Shown here in pieces: positions 29,701 through 38,450 of a stretch of 41,854 nt of DNA; position 1 is the first letter of the stretch, and the number at the start of each line of letters is the position of its first letter. Both the position numbers and the translations under genes were made by a program. The notes under the pieces were generated by a model. It had not been told where the DNA came from and ran no database searches. It saw nothing but the letters and a program-made list of their open reading frames with translations. This DNA is from a virus (Duplodnaviria > Caudoviricetes): the IMG/VR virus record IMGVR_UViG_3300006127_000030, positions 1 to 41,854 of that record; one strand, 5' to 3'.

Positions 29701-29973
29701 AGCTGTTTCTAAAAAGTTTTCTCGTGCATTTAAATCAATACGGAAACTTAAATTCTGTCCTAGATAAGCAATTAAGTCAACAAGGGCAATATACTCACTG
29801 CTTTCAATGAAATCATTAAAATCTTCAGGATAATTTTCTTGAAGATATGTGATTAAAATACGGCGTAACGTATCAAAGTCGTAACTTTGAAACTCTGCGT
29901 TAGGCTTAGATTGGTATATTTTTGTCCAATCTTCTGTAACTAATAGCTGTGAGGGTGTTGTTGGAATTGTCAT
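26737..29973 (-). CDS. Baseplate wedge protein, T4 gp6-like
   Basis: YDFDTLR..LI.YL, F.DF, ARENFLETAQRRDSILRLA...SY.PKR, FADG.FG, GAESNASIRQNAP and QNRMVTGEDY are gp6/baseplate-J type motifs. Confidence 0.85.
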   Translation of the reverse strand: MTIPTTPSQLLVTEDWTKIYQSKPNAEFQSYDFDTLRRILITYLQENYPEDFNDFIESSEYIALVDLIAYLGQNLSFRIDLNARENFLETAQRRDSILRLAQLVSYIPKRNVPASGLLKISAIATTGNVLDNTGVNLANNTIVWNDSTNNNWYSQFMTIMNNAMPGSMAFGNPNSSGVVGGILSEQYLLNSSNLDVPIYTFTQNVNGSSMNFEIVPGTFEGQDYIYEDAPKPGNPISLIYQNDNQGSGSNNTGFFAFFKQGKMSVSSFTLNNAVPNEIVGINVSNINNTDTWLWQLDPAGNYSNLWSQVPAISGNSVIYNSLLQSNRNIYSVTTRDQDQIDLNFADGSFGNLPNGNFQLFYRQSNGSVYTLKPEQMSGIVVEIPYVDKSGLNQILTLVLSLEYTVSNSVGAESNASIRQNAPQQYYTQNRMVTGEDYNIAPLTYTTNVVKVKSVNRISSGISKYFELSDVSGKYSSTNIFCDDGVLAKNTTSTNFAFSFASQNDIWIALKNNLNPQVNSTGLYSFYLDTYRSQLPVLANSSLQLSWQLSNVVSGQSRGYFLGSTIGGAVTVPYAVGPVYSAISYPTYYIEPGAMIKFAAPNDINGNTQYFLPDGTITNTKTYNATQYIWTTVQQVIGTGSNNGLGNLSDGTGPIIFSSVIPNLSIPVEIVPAYINSLGFTFETNIVNLCLSNQSFGLTIDPTYRTWTIIQGNNLNQSFVDPSMMFDYAGDTTSTGKDASWLIKFSWQPGSNNYQVTVKNTEYIFQSASQTGFYIDASTVNFDYTNNTVIKDKISVLSVNPDLTTGFALPVDYQWQINGPIVETDGYVNPSKVTVSYYQHQSSQQFSYIVNPDTFNTIIGPGTPTVNIDGVTYPGRNGLKFQYQHNPSTQVRIDPAKSNIIDIYMLTADYDAAFRNWLSTGNGTQPLPVTTVALENSYASVLEPIKTISDQIIYQPASYKVLFGNTANINLRATFKAVRSSTTTLSDNAIKSQILDGINSFFSLENWDFGQSFYFSELATYIMNLLTPNITNFLIVPASSGFGGLYEVACQSNEIFISGATADNIQIISAATAAQLNGM

Positions 29974-29991
29974 AATCTTTTATCTATACCG

Positions 29992-29998
29992 TATTTAT
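29992..29998 (-). promoter_or_regulatory. Late-type promoter ATAAATA upstream of the gp6-like gene
   Basis: Plus-strand TATTTAT at 29992-29998, intergenic, 18 nt before the ATG at 29973. Confidence 0.65.
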
Positions 29999-30019
29999 TG
30001 TGGCAATTAACCACGCAGA

Positions 30020-30457
30020 TTATTGCACTGACAAACCAACTTCTTTGTTAAAATTTAATATTAGGTTTGATGATTGGTCAGTGCCAACTAGGAGTAATGT
30101 TATTTCAACAAGATATCCTCCTGGCTTTTCGTTAATGTTAATCTGAGTAGGGCTAACTCTAGGATCACTAGAACAAATGGTTTGTAGGTCATTAACTAGT
30201 AAATCATAAATTGCAGGAGTCATTGGCTCCATAATAATGTCCCAAATTATTGTGCCAAATTTAGGATTCATGACTCGTTCGCCCTTACGAGTATTGAATT
30301 GATTAATAAAATCCTGTTTAATTAAATCAAGATCGTATAATTTAGAATTAGTATTGCCAATATCAACACTACTAAACCCAATATAGAACTGTCCAGTCTT
30401 AGGAGGCTGTTTATAAACTGATGAAGGGCTAGTGATTTCAAGTGATTTGTATGGCAT
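30020..30457 (-). CDS. Baseplate wedge subunit, T4 gp25-like
   Basis: DLIKQDFINQFNTRKGERVMNPKFGT...DPRV matches the gp25/GPW family signature. Confidence 0.9.
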   Translation of the reverse strand: MPYKSLEITSPSSVYKQPPKTGQFYIGFSSVDIGNTNSKLYDLDLIKQDFINQFNTRKGERVMNPKFGTIIWDIIMEPMTPAIYDLLVNDLQTICSSDPRVSPTQININEKPGGYLVEITLLLVGTDQSSNLILNFNKEVGLSVQ

Positions 30458-30464
30458 AATAAGT

Positions 30465-30471
30465 TATTTAT
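30465..30471 (-). promoter_or_regulatory. Late-type promoter ATAAATA upstream of the gp25-like gene
   Basis: Plus-strand TATTTAT at 30465-30471, 7 nt before the ATG at 30457. Confidence 0.6.
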
Positions 30472-32846
30472 TAGAGCCCAAGACCGCTATATGGGTCAGT
30501 CGTACTGGTTGCATCAGGTGCAGTTCTTACTGGTTTACCTGAACTGTCAGTTACAATAGTGCCAGATCCAGATTTAACAGGAGTACCTGATCCAGGAGTT
30601 GCTGATGCAGGTACAGTAAAGTAGTCAGGTTGTCCTTTAACAATACCAACTCCTGCGGCTTTTAGAATTTTTACCACGTTTGTTTTTTGTAATTCTGCTT
30701 GAGCACCAACCATGCCTGGGGTAATATAACCTTTCTTAGGTGCTCTATCAAATCCACTGTTACTTGTATACCACGATTGTGTTGGAGAACCTGGAGTACC
30801 ATCAGCAATTACTTGATCTAACGGAGCAAATCTAAATTTAGGCAAGAAGATAGTCATGTAAATGTTGGCAATATTTGGGTTAGGACATTTAGAACTTGGC
30901 CATCCAAACTGTTGGAAGAACTTCTTAACATATTGCATCTGTTCAGGTCTAGTCATAGCCGCCAATTGTGCAGTTGTAGTACCTAGTCCCTTTGCTGTGG
31001 ATTCTAAGAATTGGATCATACCTGTAGCAGATCCAAGTGGGTTGACATAGCCTGGCGTATAAGTTTTACCACCAACAATAATAGCCGGATCATAAGTTCC
31101 AGCAGATTCATTATACATCGCACCTAACAAGTCTAATGGATCAAAATTAAATCCTTCACAAATTGTTTTAACTGCTGTTAGAAATGGTTGATCAGTACTC
31201 CATGGGAATTTTTGTCCGCGAACTGTACCTTTATCGATACCTGGTCCAGATTGTGCTGGGTAAGGAGTATTAGCAGATGGTCCAGCTGGAATAATTGCTC
31301 CATTTTCTGCTCTAACGCTTGGTCCAACTGTTGAATCTGTATTGGCTAATGTAAACTGCGTTGGGTTAATGTTTTCATGCTGATCCCATGGCTCGTGTTG
31401 TGGGATACGTTGCATAATTGACGGAATAATTGATCCGTTATAAAAATTGCCATATGACCAACCAGTTGTCTTATCTTTGGTTGGTACACCAAACAAGTTT
31501 AATCCTTGTGGATGTAGAGTATTTGGTGGTGTTGCTGAGTTTGCTACAGTTGCTGGCACACTATTCATATTGATCATGCCACCTTGTAGTGTTACTGATC
31601 CACCACTTAGAGACACATCTGATCCCGCAGTAACCGCAACTAGCCCACTAGATTTTAAATTCAACTGTTCGTTGGCTGTAAAGTTTCCTGCTTCTCCAGC
31701 TGTAAAGTTTATAGGACCTAATGCAGTGGTTAACAAAGACGCACTGATAGTAGTATTTTGATTTCCACCAACAGTTAAATTATAATCACCAGAAGACGCA
31801 ATCAAATGCTGTGTAGCAATTACGTTTAAGCTACCTTGTATGGATTGTGAAAAATCCCCTGTGGCTGCTACATTAAAGTTTCTGCCAGCTTCTAAGTTAA
31901 AATCTCGATCAGCTCTTAAGTTAAAGTCACCCTTAGTGTGTACTGATACAGAATCTTCCGCATATACGTCTATTTTGCCTTGACTAGTTAATTCAATCCA
32001 AGCAGATCCAGAACTGTTTCCAATGTAAATCAAATCTGCAGAATTGTGTAACAGAATCTGATGTCCAGTTCGTGTTCTAATTCTTACCAATTCATTTTGA
32101 TTATTTTCGTCACCGTCATCCATAACAAAAGTACTACCGCCTAGACGGCTGACTGGTGCAATACTAGATTCTGTAGCACCTATTCTTGCTTTTTTACCAT
32201 TGGGATCTAACGGTCCTGGAGTTGACCAGCCATATACTTGACTTGGTACTTCACGTCTTGCACTACTTGATGATGTTCCTCGAATAGTATCTAACAATAA
32301 CCCCTGTGTTAACAGTCTATCTGCAAACGGATGAACTGGTTTAGGCTTATCGTTGATCCTAGGATCCTTCATAGGCTCAGTTTTAGTATTGAATTCAGCT
32401 ACTGGCAAATAATCTGTTGCATATTTTGTTTGCTGAGCCGAAGTCATATTTGTAGAACTGGTTGCGGCAATACCTGGAACCATATGATTACGGTACATCT
32501 GCTGTATGCAACCAATCCAAAAACATTGATTAGGATCGCTATTGGCAAATATGATTAGGACTTTATTTCCTATGTCAGGTGGTATTGCCCAAAAGCCGTA
32601 ACTTTTTTGTACATCATTAAAGTCTGCACTATTTGTTCCTTCATAAAGTGCATTAGTTGCACCATAAAAAGGACTTAGATATTGAGCAACATATGTTTCA
32701 ACTGAATTCGATGGTGAGTTTGCCACACCATCTACTACTGTTACTTCTAATCTGCCCATTCGAAGTGGGTCCAAGTGGTTAACTACCGTTGCAATAAACG
32801 GTCCACTACCTGGAGGAATCGAACGGGCTCTTGTCTCAAATGTCAT
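30471..32846 (-). CDS. Baseplate central spike, gp5/VgrG-like, with a C-terminal lytic transglycosylase-like domain
   Basis: N-terminal OB fold (DPLRMGRLEV, SYGFWAIPPDIG), RIRTRTGHQI, beta-helix repeats and PQHEPW; then MYNES...SATGMIQFLESTAKGLG. Confidence 0.82.
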   Translation of the reverse strand: MTFETRARSIPPGSGPFIATVVNHLDPLRMGRLEVTVVDGVANSPSNSVETYVAQYLSPFYGATNALYEGTNSADFNDVQKSYGFWAIPPDIGNKVLIIFANSDPNQCFWIGCIQQMYRNHMVPGIAATSSTNMTSAQQTKYATDYLPVAEFNTKTEPMKDPRINDKPKPVHPFADRLLTQGLLLDTIRGTSSSSARREVPSQVYGWSTPGPLDPNGKKARIGATESSIAPVSRLGGSTFVMDDGDENNQNELVRIRTRTGHQILLHNSADLIYIGNSSGSAWIELTSQGKIDVYAEDSVSVHTKGDFNLRADRDFNLEAGRNFNVAATGDFSQSIQGSLNVIATQHLIASSGDYNLTVGGNQNTTISASLLTTALGPINFTAGEAGNFTANEQLNLKSSGLVAVTAGSDVSLSGGSVTLQGGMINMNSVPATVANSATPPNTLHPQGLNLFGVPTKDKTTGWSYGNFYNGSIIPSIMQRIPQHEPWDQHENINPTQFTLANTDSTVGPSVRAENGAIIPAGPSANTPYPAQSGPGIDKGTVRGQKFPWSTDQPFLTAVKTICEGFNFDPLDLLGAMYNESAGTYDPAIIVGGKTYTPGYVNPLGSATGMIQFLESTAKGLGTTTAQLAAMTRPEQMQYVKKFFQQFGWPSSKCPNPNIANIYMTIFLPKFRFAPLDQVIADGTPGSPTQSWYTSNSGFDRAPKKGYITPGMVGAQAELQKTNVVKILKAAGVGIVKGQPDYFTVPASATPGSGTPVKSGSGTIVTDSSGKPVRTAPDATSTTDPYSGLGL

Positions 32847-32849
32847 AGG

Positions 32850-35800
32850 TTATGCCTGACTTGTATTATCTTGATTATTTAACGCCGCAACTAAGGGGCT
32901 TACACTATTGTTGTTACTAACGCTTCCGTAAAGATTATTCACAGAAGAACTTAATTTTGTTGAATTAATTCCTAAAACACTTCCAATTGCCAGTTGAGTT
33001 CCGTCTGATGACGCATTAACATTGGCAGTTTTATTAAACAGTCCAATGCTTGAACCTAATTTACCAGATTGCACGGTGTTGTCAACTTGCGGTTGCAACG
33101 AATATAAATTGGCCAACGGATCTTCAAATGTTGCATTGGCAGTTGCTGGTGTAACTGGATTGCCGCCAATGAAGCCTGGATCTCTTAATACCTTAAATGG
33201 TACAGGTATTGCTGGTATGTTAGTTAATGTTGGAAGTTTGTTTATTAAAATACCTTGTGCGGCTGCTGATGCCAAATTAACATTAGCTGGCAGGCTTGAC
33301 GGAGTGTTTAATAATTTGTTAAGCAAATTGCTTGACAACGCACCTGTAAGTCCAGTAATACCGCTGGCATTGATTCCAAATGCCTTATTAATACTATTGG
33401 TAGCTCCGTATATTGCATAATTAACACTTGATTCAACTCCATTAATAGCACCAGTGACATTGTTTGATGCATTTAATAAAGGTGAAGTCAATTGTTTAGA
33501 AATATTACTGTTAACATTTGTGGCCACATTTGCAATATTGTTTACCGCAGATGGGCCAACTGGTGACGTACTTCCAAATATGTTGGCAACCGCATTAACT
33601 GTTGCGGCAGTTCCTAATAATGCATTTTGTGCATTAAAAATTCCTTGAGTTGATGCTCTAATTCCAGTAGCAAGTTGATTTGTCCCATTAGGCACAATAC
33701 TGTAAACTGAGGACGGCAAGCCACCCGATGGGTTTGTAGCGCCAAATACTGGATTACTACTGCCGCCCAAGCCACCTGGAGTAGAACCGTTTGCAGTATA
33801 CCCAAGTGCGGTTACATTTAACGCTGTTTGATTTGATGCCTGTGTGCCATCATTAGTAACAGGATTACCTGAACCTGGAGGAGCAGTATCTTGTGATATT
33901 TGATCTTGTGGGTTTGGTGCTGATCCGAACTGATTAGTTAAGTCATCAGGAACTTGTTGTGAATTTTGTGGCTGTCCAGGAATTCTATTAACAGTCAATG
34001 TTTGTTTGAATAGTCCGTTTTTAAACTCGCTCTTTACTTCAGTGACCATATAAATTCCACTGAACGGCAATACCAGCTGTTCAAATTGCATCATGCCTGT
34101 GGCTTTGTTAATATCAATAGGATTGTTAAAATTAATATTGATAAGAACTTGACCTGACCTCACAGATGCTTCTTGATTTCCAGATGTCTTACCTACATCA
34201 CCTTTCTTACCTGCATAGTTTCCACTTCCATTGGCTGTAAGATAATAAGGATCACCTAAAATAGATAACTCGCCTGATATTAATGAACCTTTAGAATTTA
34301 CAATTGCTTCATGCATTACCTTGACCATTTGTTGCCAAGGTGATCCGTTAGGAGCAGATGCATTAGGAGTGTTGCCTGGTTGATTACTGCTGGCATCAAC
34401 AGTTTCTGTTCGTGGCGCTGTTGGAATAGTATTATTGCCACCTAACTGTGGTGTTTGATCTTTTTGTTTTGTATTACTTTCATTGGTATTGCTGGCTTTA
34501 CCATCAGTAGTTTGAGTATTCTTAGGAGGGTTACCTAATCCTTTTGGCAATGCTTCGTAAAATAATGTGTTGAAGTTAATTTTAAAATCTACAACATCAA
34601 CATTATTACCAGAATAGATATAGTTGTAATTTCTTAAAGTATATTTTTTTAATTTTTTATCATCAATATACTGTCTATTTTGTCCCGGGACCGCAGTATT
34701 ATAAACCATTTTGTATGGAAGGACCATATAACGGTATGTTCTATAAGGACCATTAGTTACAGGATTATAAGTACCTGGGTTATCAATAACTTCTGGAACC
34801 ACAACAAAGTAATTAATCATTTGATCCTTAACAACAGTATTGGGATCACCACCTTGATTAAATGCTTTTAAAACATCTGTAACATATGTGCTGTCACGAA
34901 CTATCGCACTGATTACATCATGTATGGGCACACCACTATCAAACTGAGCTGTATGTTTTACAGGTGGAGTTGAATCTGATGAACTTTGTTGCGCGGCCTG
35001 TGTAGGACTAATTGGTTTATTACCGTAAGCAGATTTAGTGCTGTCAATGTTTGACATTTTGACAGTGACTTTAGATGTTTTATCTGGTTCAAATTTACCT
35101 TGCCCAACTACATTAACAGATCCCAATATCATTCTATTATTTTCATCAAGCTCTGGGCATACTATTTCGTATTTGTCATGTTCATTAGTACCAATGCCTT
35201 TTGATACATCTGATTCTATTGTTTGTTTGTTTAGTCCGTCTTGTAAATCTTTTAACAAATCAGCAACCGTGTTTCCCTCAATGGCTGTTTGTTTTCTTAA
35301 ACTGCTAATTGACTTACCAAAATTTAAATCTGAACGGATTACTGCTTTACACTTATATCGCGTACCTTCTTGAGTAACAGTTGCTTCAACTTCTGTAATT
35401 TTAATAAAGAAATATCTTAGTGATCCCGGAATTGGTACTGGCTCTGGCAATCCTACGCCGTCTGGATATCCTGTAAAGTCCATAACCATTACATAACTGC
35501 ATTGCAAATAATCTGGATATCCTGCGCCAAGAGCCGATGCTTGTAATGCTTCAATAAATCCATTTAAACTGTAAGGCTCAATTATTTCAAAAGACATTTC
35601 TGTTGGAAGAGATGCCGCCGAAGCTTCATTAAATTTAAATGTAGATACAATATTGACATCGTCAACAAACATATCAAATCTGCCTGGACTGATTTGATTG
35701 AATCCAGTTACTTGATCAGCAACATAAGCAAGTGCTTGTTTTCTATTTTGTTGAGCTTTCATAGCAGTATCGCTATTATCTGAAGAAGCTGTTTGATTAG

Positions 35801-36146
35801 AAGCGTTTGGAACTGCTGATGAAGACGACTGTGTTTGGTCTGAACTGGCTTGAGTAGTGTTAGTAGGTTTAGCAAAATCAGAAACTGTATTTGACAGTCC
35901 TGTAGATGCTTTACCTTTAGTTGTTGCAACTATTAAATCAAGATTATTAGGATTAAACAATTGTGGATCATTTAACTGTCCATGTCTCAATGCGGCTAAA
36001 GTAAAATTATATGCTACAGATCGATAGTTGTTTAATACATTAGCACCTGCAGATGCTGTATCTACTTCAGCTTGTGAAATATTAAGTTGGGCTCCGCTGG
36101 CATTCGCAGTTTTTCTTTCAGCGGTAGTGTTATCTACTTCTGCCAT
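32850..36146 (-). CDS. Large baseplate hub-like structural protein with a low-complexity Asn/Ser/Ala tail
   Basis: ATG at 36146 lies 1 nt after the upstream stop. LSILGDPY and FSGIYMVTEVKSEFKNGLFKQTL resemble gp27/gpD-type hub motifs. Located between gp53-like and gp5-like genes. Confidence 0.62.
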   Translation of the reverse strand: MAEVDNTTAERKTANASGAQLNISQAEVDTASAGANVLNNYRSVAYNFTLAALRHGQLNDPQLFNPNNLDLIVATTKGKASTGLSNTVSDFAKPTNTTQASSDQTQSSSSAVPNASNQTASSDNSDTAMKAQQNRKQALAYVADQVTGFNQISPGRFDMFVDDVNIVSTFKFNEASAASLPTEMSFEIIEPYSLNGFIEALQASALGAGYPDYLQCSYVMVMDFTGYPDGVGLPEPVPIPGSLRYFFIKITEVEATVTQEGTRYKCKAVIRSDLNFGKSISSLRKQTAIEGNTVADLLKDLQDGLNKQTIESDVSKGIGTNEHDKYEIVCPELDENNRMILGSVNVVGQGKFEPDKTSKVTVKMSNIDSTKSAYGNKPISPTQAAQQSSSDSTPPVKHTAQFDSGVPIHDVISAIVRDSTYVTDVLKAFNQGGDPNTVVKDQMINYFVVVPEVIDNPGTYNPVTNGPYRTYRYMVLPYKMVYNTAVPGQNRQYIDDKKLKKYTLRNYNYIYSGNNVDVVDFKINFNTLFYEALPKGLGNPPKNTQTTDGKASNTNESNTKQKDQTPQLGGNNTIPTAPRTETVDASSNQPGNTPNASAPNGSPWQQMVKVMHEAIVNSKGSLISGELSILGDPYYLTANGSGNYAGKKGDVGKTSGNQEASVRSGQVLININFNNPIDINKATGMMQFEQLVLPFSGIYMVTEVKSEFKNGLFKQTLTVNRIPGQPQNSQQVPDDLTNQFGSAPNPQDQISQDTAPPGSGNPVTNDGTQASNQTALNVTALGYTANGSTPGGLGGSSNPVFGATNPSGGLPSSVYSIVPNGTNQLATGIRASTQGIFNAQNALLGTAATVNAVANIFGSTSPVGPSAVNNIANVATNVNSNISKQLTSPLLNASNNVTGAINGVESSVNYAIYGATNSINKAFGINASGITGLTGALSSNLLNKLLNTPSSLPANVNLASAAAQGILINKLPTLTNIPAIPVPFKVLRDPGFIGGNPVTPATANATFEDPLANLYSLQPQVDNTVQSGKLGSSIGLFNKTANVNASSDGTQLAIGSVLGINSTKLSSSVNNLYGSVSNNNSVSPLVAALNNQDNTSQA

Positions 36147-36147
36147 C

Positions 36148-36447
36148 TTATAATCCAAATGCAGTCTTTAACGCACTTAATTTTGGTAACTGAATTTGTG
36201 TTCCGGCGACCATGTCAAATACAGGATCTTGAATTACATCTGGATTTCTAACTGCAAACACCCACCATAGACCAACATCATTGTAAAGATCAAAGGCCAA
36301 CAAGTCAGGACGTCTTTCATAAGTTTTAGTAATTGTAAAAAGTACATCATCTGTGGCTGCTGGAACTGTACGCCAATTTATTATATCTAAGTATCCATTA
36401 GCTTGACCAGTAGAAAAATATGGGCTGAGTGCGTTATATGATGCCAT
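36148..36447 (-). CDS. Baseplate wedge protein, gp53/LysM-like
   Basis: RPDLLAFDLY...LWWVFAVRN...DP...G..I.LP signature. Confidence 0.82.
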   Translation of the reverse strand: MASYNALSPYFSTGQANGYLDIINWRTVPAATDDVLFTITKTYERRPDLLAFDLYNDVGLWWVFAVRNPDVIQDPVFDMVAGTQIQLPKLSALKTAFGL

Positions 36448-37352
36448 TATAGTAATCCATTAATTCTTTGAGTTTTATTTGCTAACCAGTCTGGTACTGT
36501 TGCATCTAACATTTCTTGACGACTGTACATTGGCTTGCATGTTACACTGATTGTTGACTTAGTAGGAACGGCTGCTTGACCATATTGTGGATCATTTAGA
36601 TAAAAATAATCTACGTCACCTGGTAAATCAGTCTTGACACTTGTTACTGCTATAGGAACATTGTCTAACATAAATGTACCATAAGCATGCAACCTACATA
36701 CTGGTGGCGGGTTTCCTTTTAAAGGATCACTTCCGCCAAATCGACCTTTTGTTAATGCCCTTAACAAATGCAAAGATGCCAAGTAAGTCACGGCATCTGC
36801 TTTATTTTGAACAGTAAAAATTCCCTGTATGCTAATATCACCCACCATACTGTTTTTATAAAAAAATATAGCATAGTTACTGTGTATTGGACTTTGTCCA
36901 GTGTAATCTGCTTTGTGCTCTATACTAATTTGTGGTGTATATGGAAAAATAATTCCATGTGAGTTTTTTAAATTATCTCCATAGCCACTAGTAAATGCCT
37001 GTAGATAACTTGACGGCACTTCAATTCTAACCCTCATGTCCTGACGAGAGCCATTGAAATTAATAACAGGGGGCAGGGGTTTAACTGGATCTGAATTAAT
37101 AGTTATTCGAGTACTACCATCTGGAGTTATTGGCTGATTAAATTTAGAAGATAATTGATCAACAGTACTGCCGCCAACATTTTCTGTTGTGGCGGCACCC
37201 ACAATAGGTGCGTTGGCAATACGGTCTGCACTCAACTGCTGAGCTTCATTGACTGTGTTTGTACTACTGACGTCACCGTTGGTGTTGGTTATAAGAGTAC
37301 TGCCGTCATCAAAACTTTGAATCGAGCTGCCATCTTCAAATACTTGTGCCAT
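36447..37352 (-). CDS. Tail tube initiator / tube-baseplate protein (gp48/gp54-like)
   Basis: IIFPYTPQI, PIHSNY and GNPPPVCRL.AYG...NVP motifs; first gene of the baseplate operon; AAGGAA SD. Confidence 0.6.
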   Translation of the reverse strand: MAQVFEDGSSIQSFDDGSTLITNTNGDVSSTNTVNEAQQLSADRIANAPIVGAATTENVGGSTVDQLSSKFNQPITPDGSTRITINSDPVKPLPPVINFNGSRQDMRVRIEVPSSYLQAFTSGYGDNLKNSHGIIFPYTPQISIEHKADYTGQSPIHSNYAIFFYKNSMVGDISIQGIFTVQNKADAVTYLASLHLLRALTKGRFGGSDPLKGNPPPVCRLHAYGTFMLDNVPIAVTSVKTDLPGDVDYFYLNDPQYGQAAVPTKSTISVTCKPMYSRQEMLDATVPDWLANKTQRINGLL

Positions 37353-37373
37353 AGATAATTTTCCTTGTTACAT

Positions 37374-37441
37374 TATTTAACCATAAATAATATGCTATTA
37401 TTTAAAGTATTGGTTGACTTTAGAAAATTCTGTGTTAAACT
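37374..37441. promoter_or_regulatory. Divergent control region: late-type promoters on both strands plus a sigma70 promoter for the late sigma gene
   Basis: Minus-strand TTAAATA at 37374-37380 and 37399-37405; plus-strand ATAAATA at 37383-37389; TTGACT (37414-37419), 16 nt, extended TGn-TAAACT (37433-37441). Confidence 0.6.
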
Positions 37442-37478
37442 GATACTGCACTATTACATATAGGAAAACAATAATAAG

Positions 37479-38408
37479 ATGACTATGACCACAATCGCCC
37501 CAACGGGGAGAAAGGTAAAATACCTAAACAACAGAGATTTATTAGCAGAAATACACCGTTCAAAATGTTCTTATTCAAGTTTTACAAAACCTGAATACCA
37601 ACAATATGATATTATTTTAGCCGATCTCAAGAAAGTCAATATCAGAACTATCGCAGATGCAAAAAGAGCTCGCGCTAAGAGATTAGGACTAATAGCATTT
37701 TCACAAGCCAGGGCTAGCGGCGACAAAAAGATCAAGCTAGCCGAATGTACTCCAGACTACAAAACTATTGCTAAAACAGATATTGTCATTCGTATTATGA
37801 CATTTGAGCATATTCCACTTGCTCCTGGACGTAAAAAGACTGTTAAAAGCACCGCAGATGGTCACGAAAAAGTAAATTTCCCGCCATTCCAACATTGGAA
37901 ATTTGACGATAATCAACCAGATCAATTGATTTGCGTAGGTAAAAGCCACTGGAAGGGTTCAATTGATACTGGCAAATTTGACAAAGATAATGGCAGAATC
38001 ACAGAAAATCTAGGTAAGATGTTTATTAAACTCAGCGACAGATATGCACAGCGTAGCAACTGGCGTGGGTATACCTATGTAGAAGAAATGAAGGGTCAAG
38101 CGATTCTTCAGTTAAGTCAAATTGGTTTACAGTTTGATGAATCTAAATCAGAAAATCCTTTTGCTTACTATACTGCCGCAGTTACTAACAGTTTTACTCG
38201 TATTCTAAACATTGAAAAGAAAAGTCAAAACATCCGTGATGACTTGTTAGAAGAAAATGGCCTAACACCAAGTATGACTCGACAAAATAGCCAAGAGTAT
38301 GCTGAAGAAATTGCACGGCAAGCAGAGATTTATAAAAACATGCGTATGCCAAAGAGCGAAGATGTTGATGACGAGGAAGAAACTGAAAACGACAACATTA
38401 TTCCTTGA
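37479..38408 (+). CDS. Late transcription sigma factor, T4 gp55-like, with a large insertion
   Basis: YLNNRDLLAEI, LGKMFIKLS.RYA.R.NWRGYTYVEEM and FDESKSENPFAYYT, with an acidic C-terminus; immediately upstream of gp47/gp46. Confidence 0.85.
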   Translation: MTMTTIAPTGRKVKYLNNRDLLAEIHRSKCSYSSFTKPEYQQYDIILADLKKVNIRTIADAKRARAKRLGLIAFSQARASGDKKIKLAECTPDYKTIAKTDIVIRIMTFEHIPLAPGRKKTVKSTADGHEKVNFPPFQHWKFDDNQPDQLICVGKSHWKGSIDTGKFDKDNGRITENLGKMFIKLSDRYAQRSNWRGYTYVEEMKGQAILQLSQIGLQFDESKSENPFAYYTAAVTNSFTRILNIEKKSQNIRDDLLEENGLTPSMTRQNSQEYAEEIARQAEIYKNMRMPKSEDVDDEEETENDNIIP

Positions 38409-38433
38409 TCTTTACTTACAGTCACGCTATACT
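38405..38433 (+). promoter_or_regulatory. Sigma70-type promoter for gp47/gp46
   Basis: TTGATC (38405-38410), 17 nt, TATACT (38428-38433); GGGAG SD follows. Confidence 0.7.
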
Positions 38434-38450
38434 TTTAAAGGGAGAATTAT

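Noticed and set aside
10969-37352. Bacterial contractile injection system or T6SS locus
   Set aside because: Flanking gp55, gp47, gp46 and RNase H genes and T4-type late motifs indicate a lytic myophage genome.
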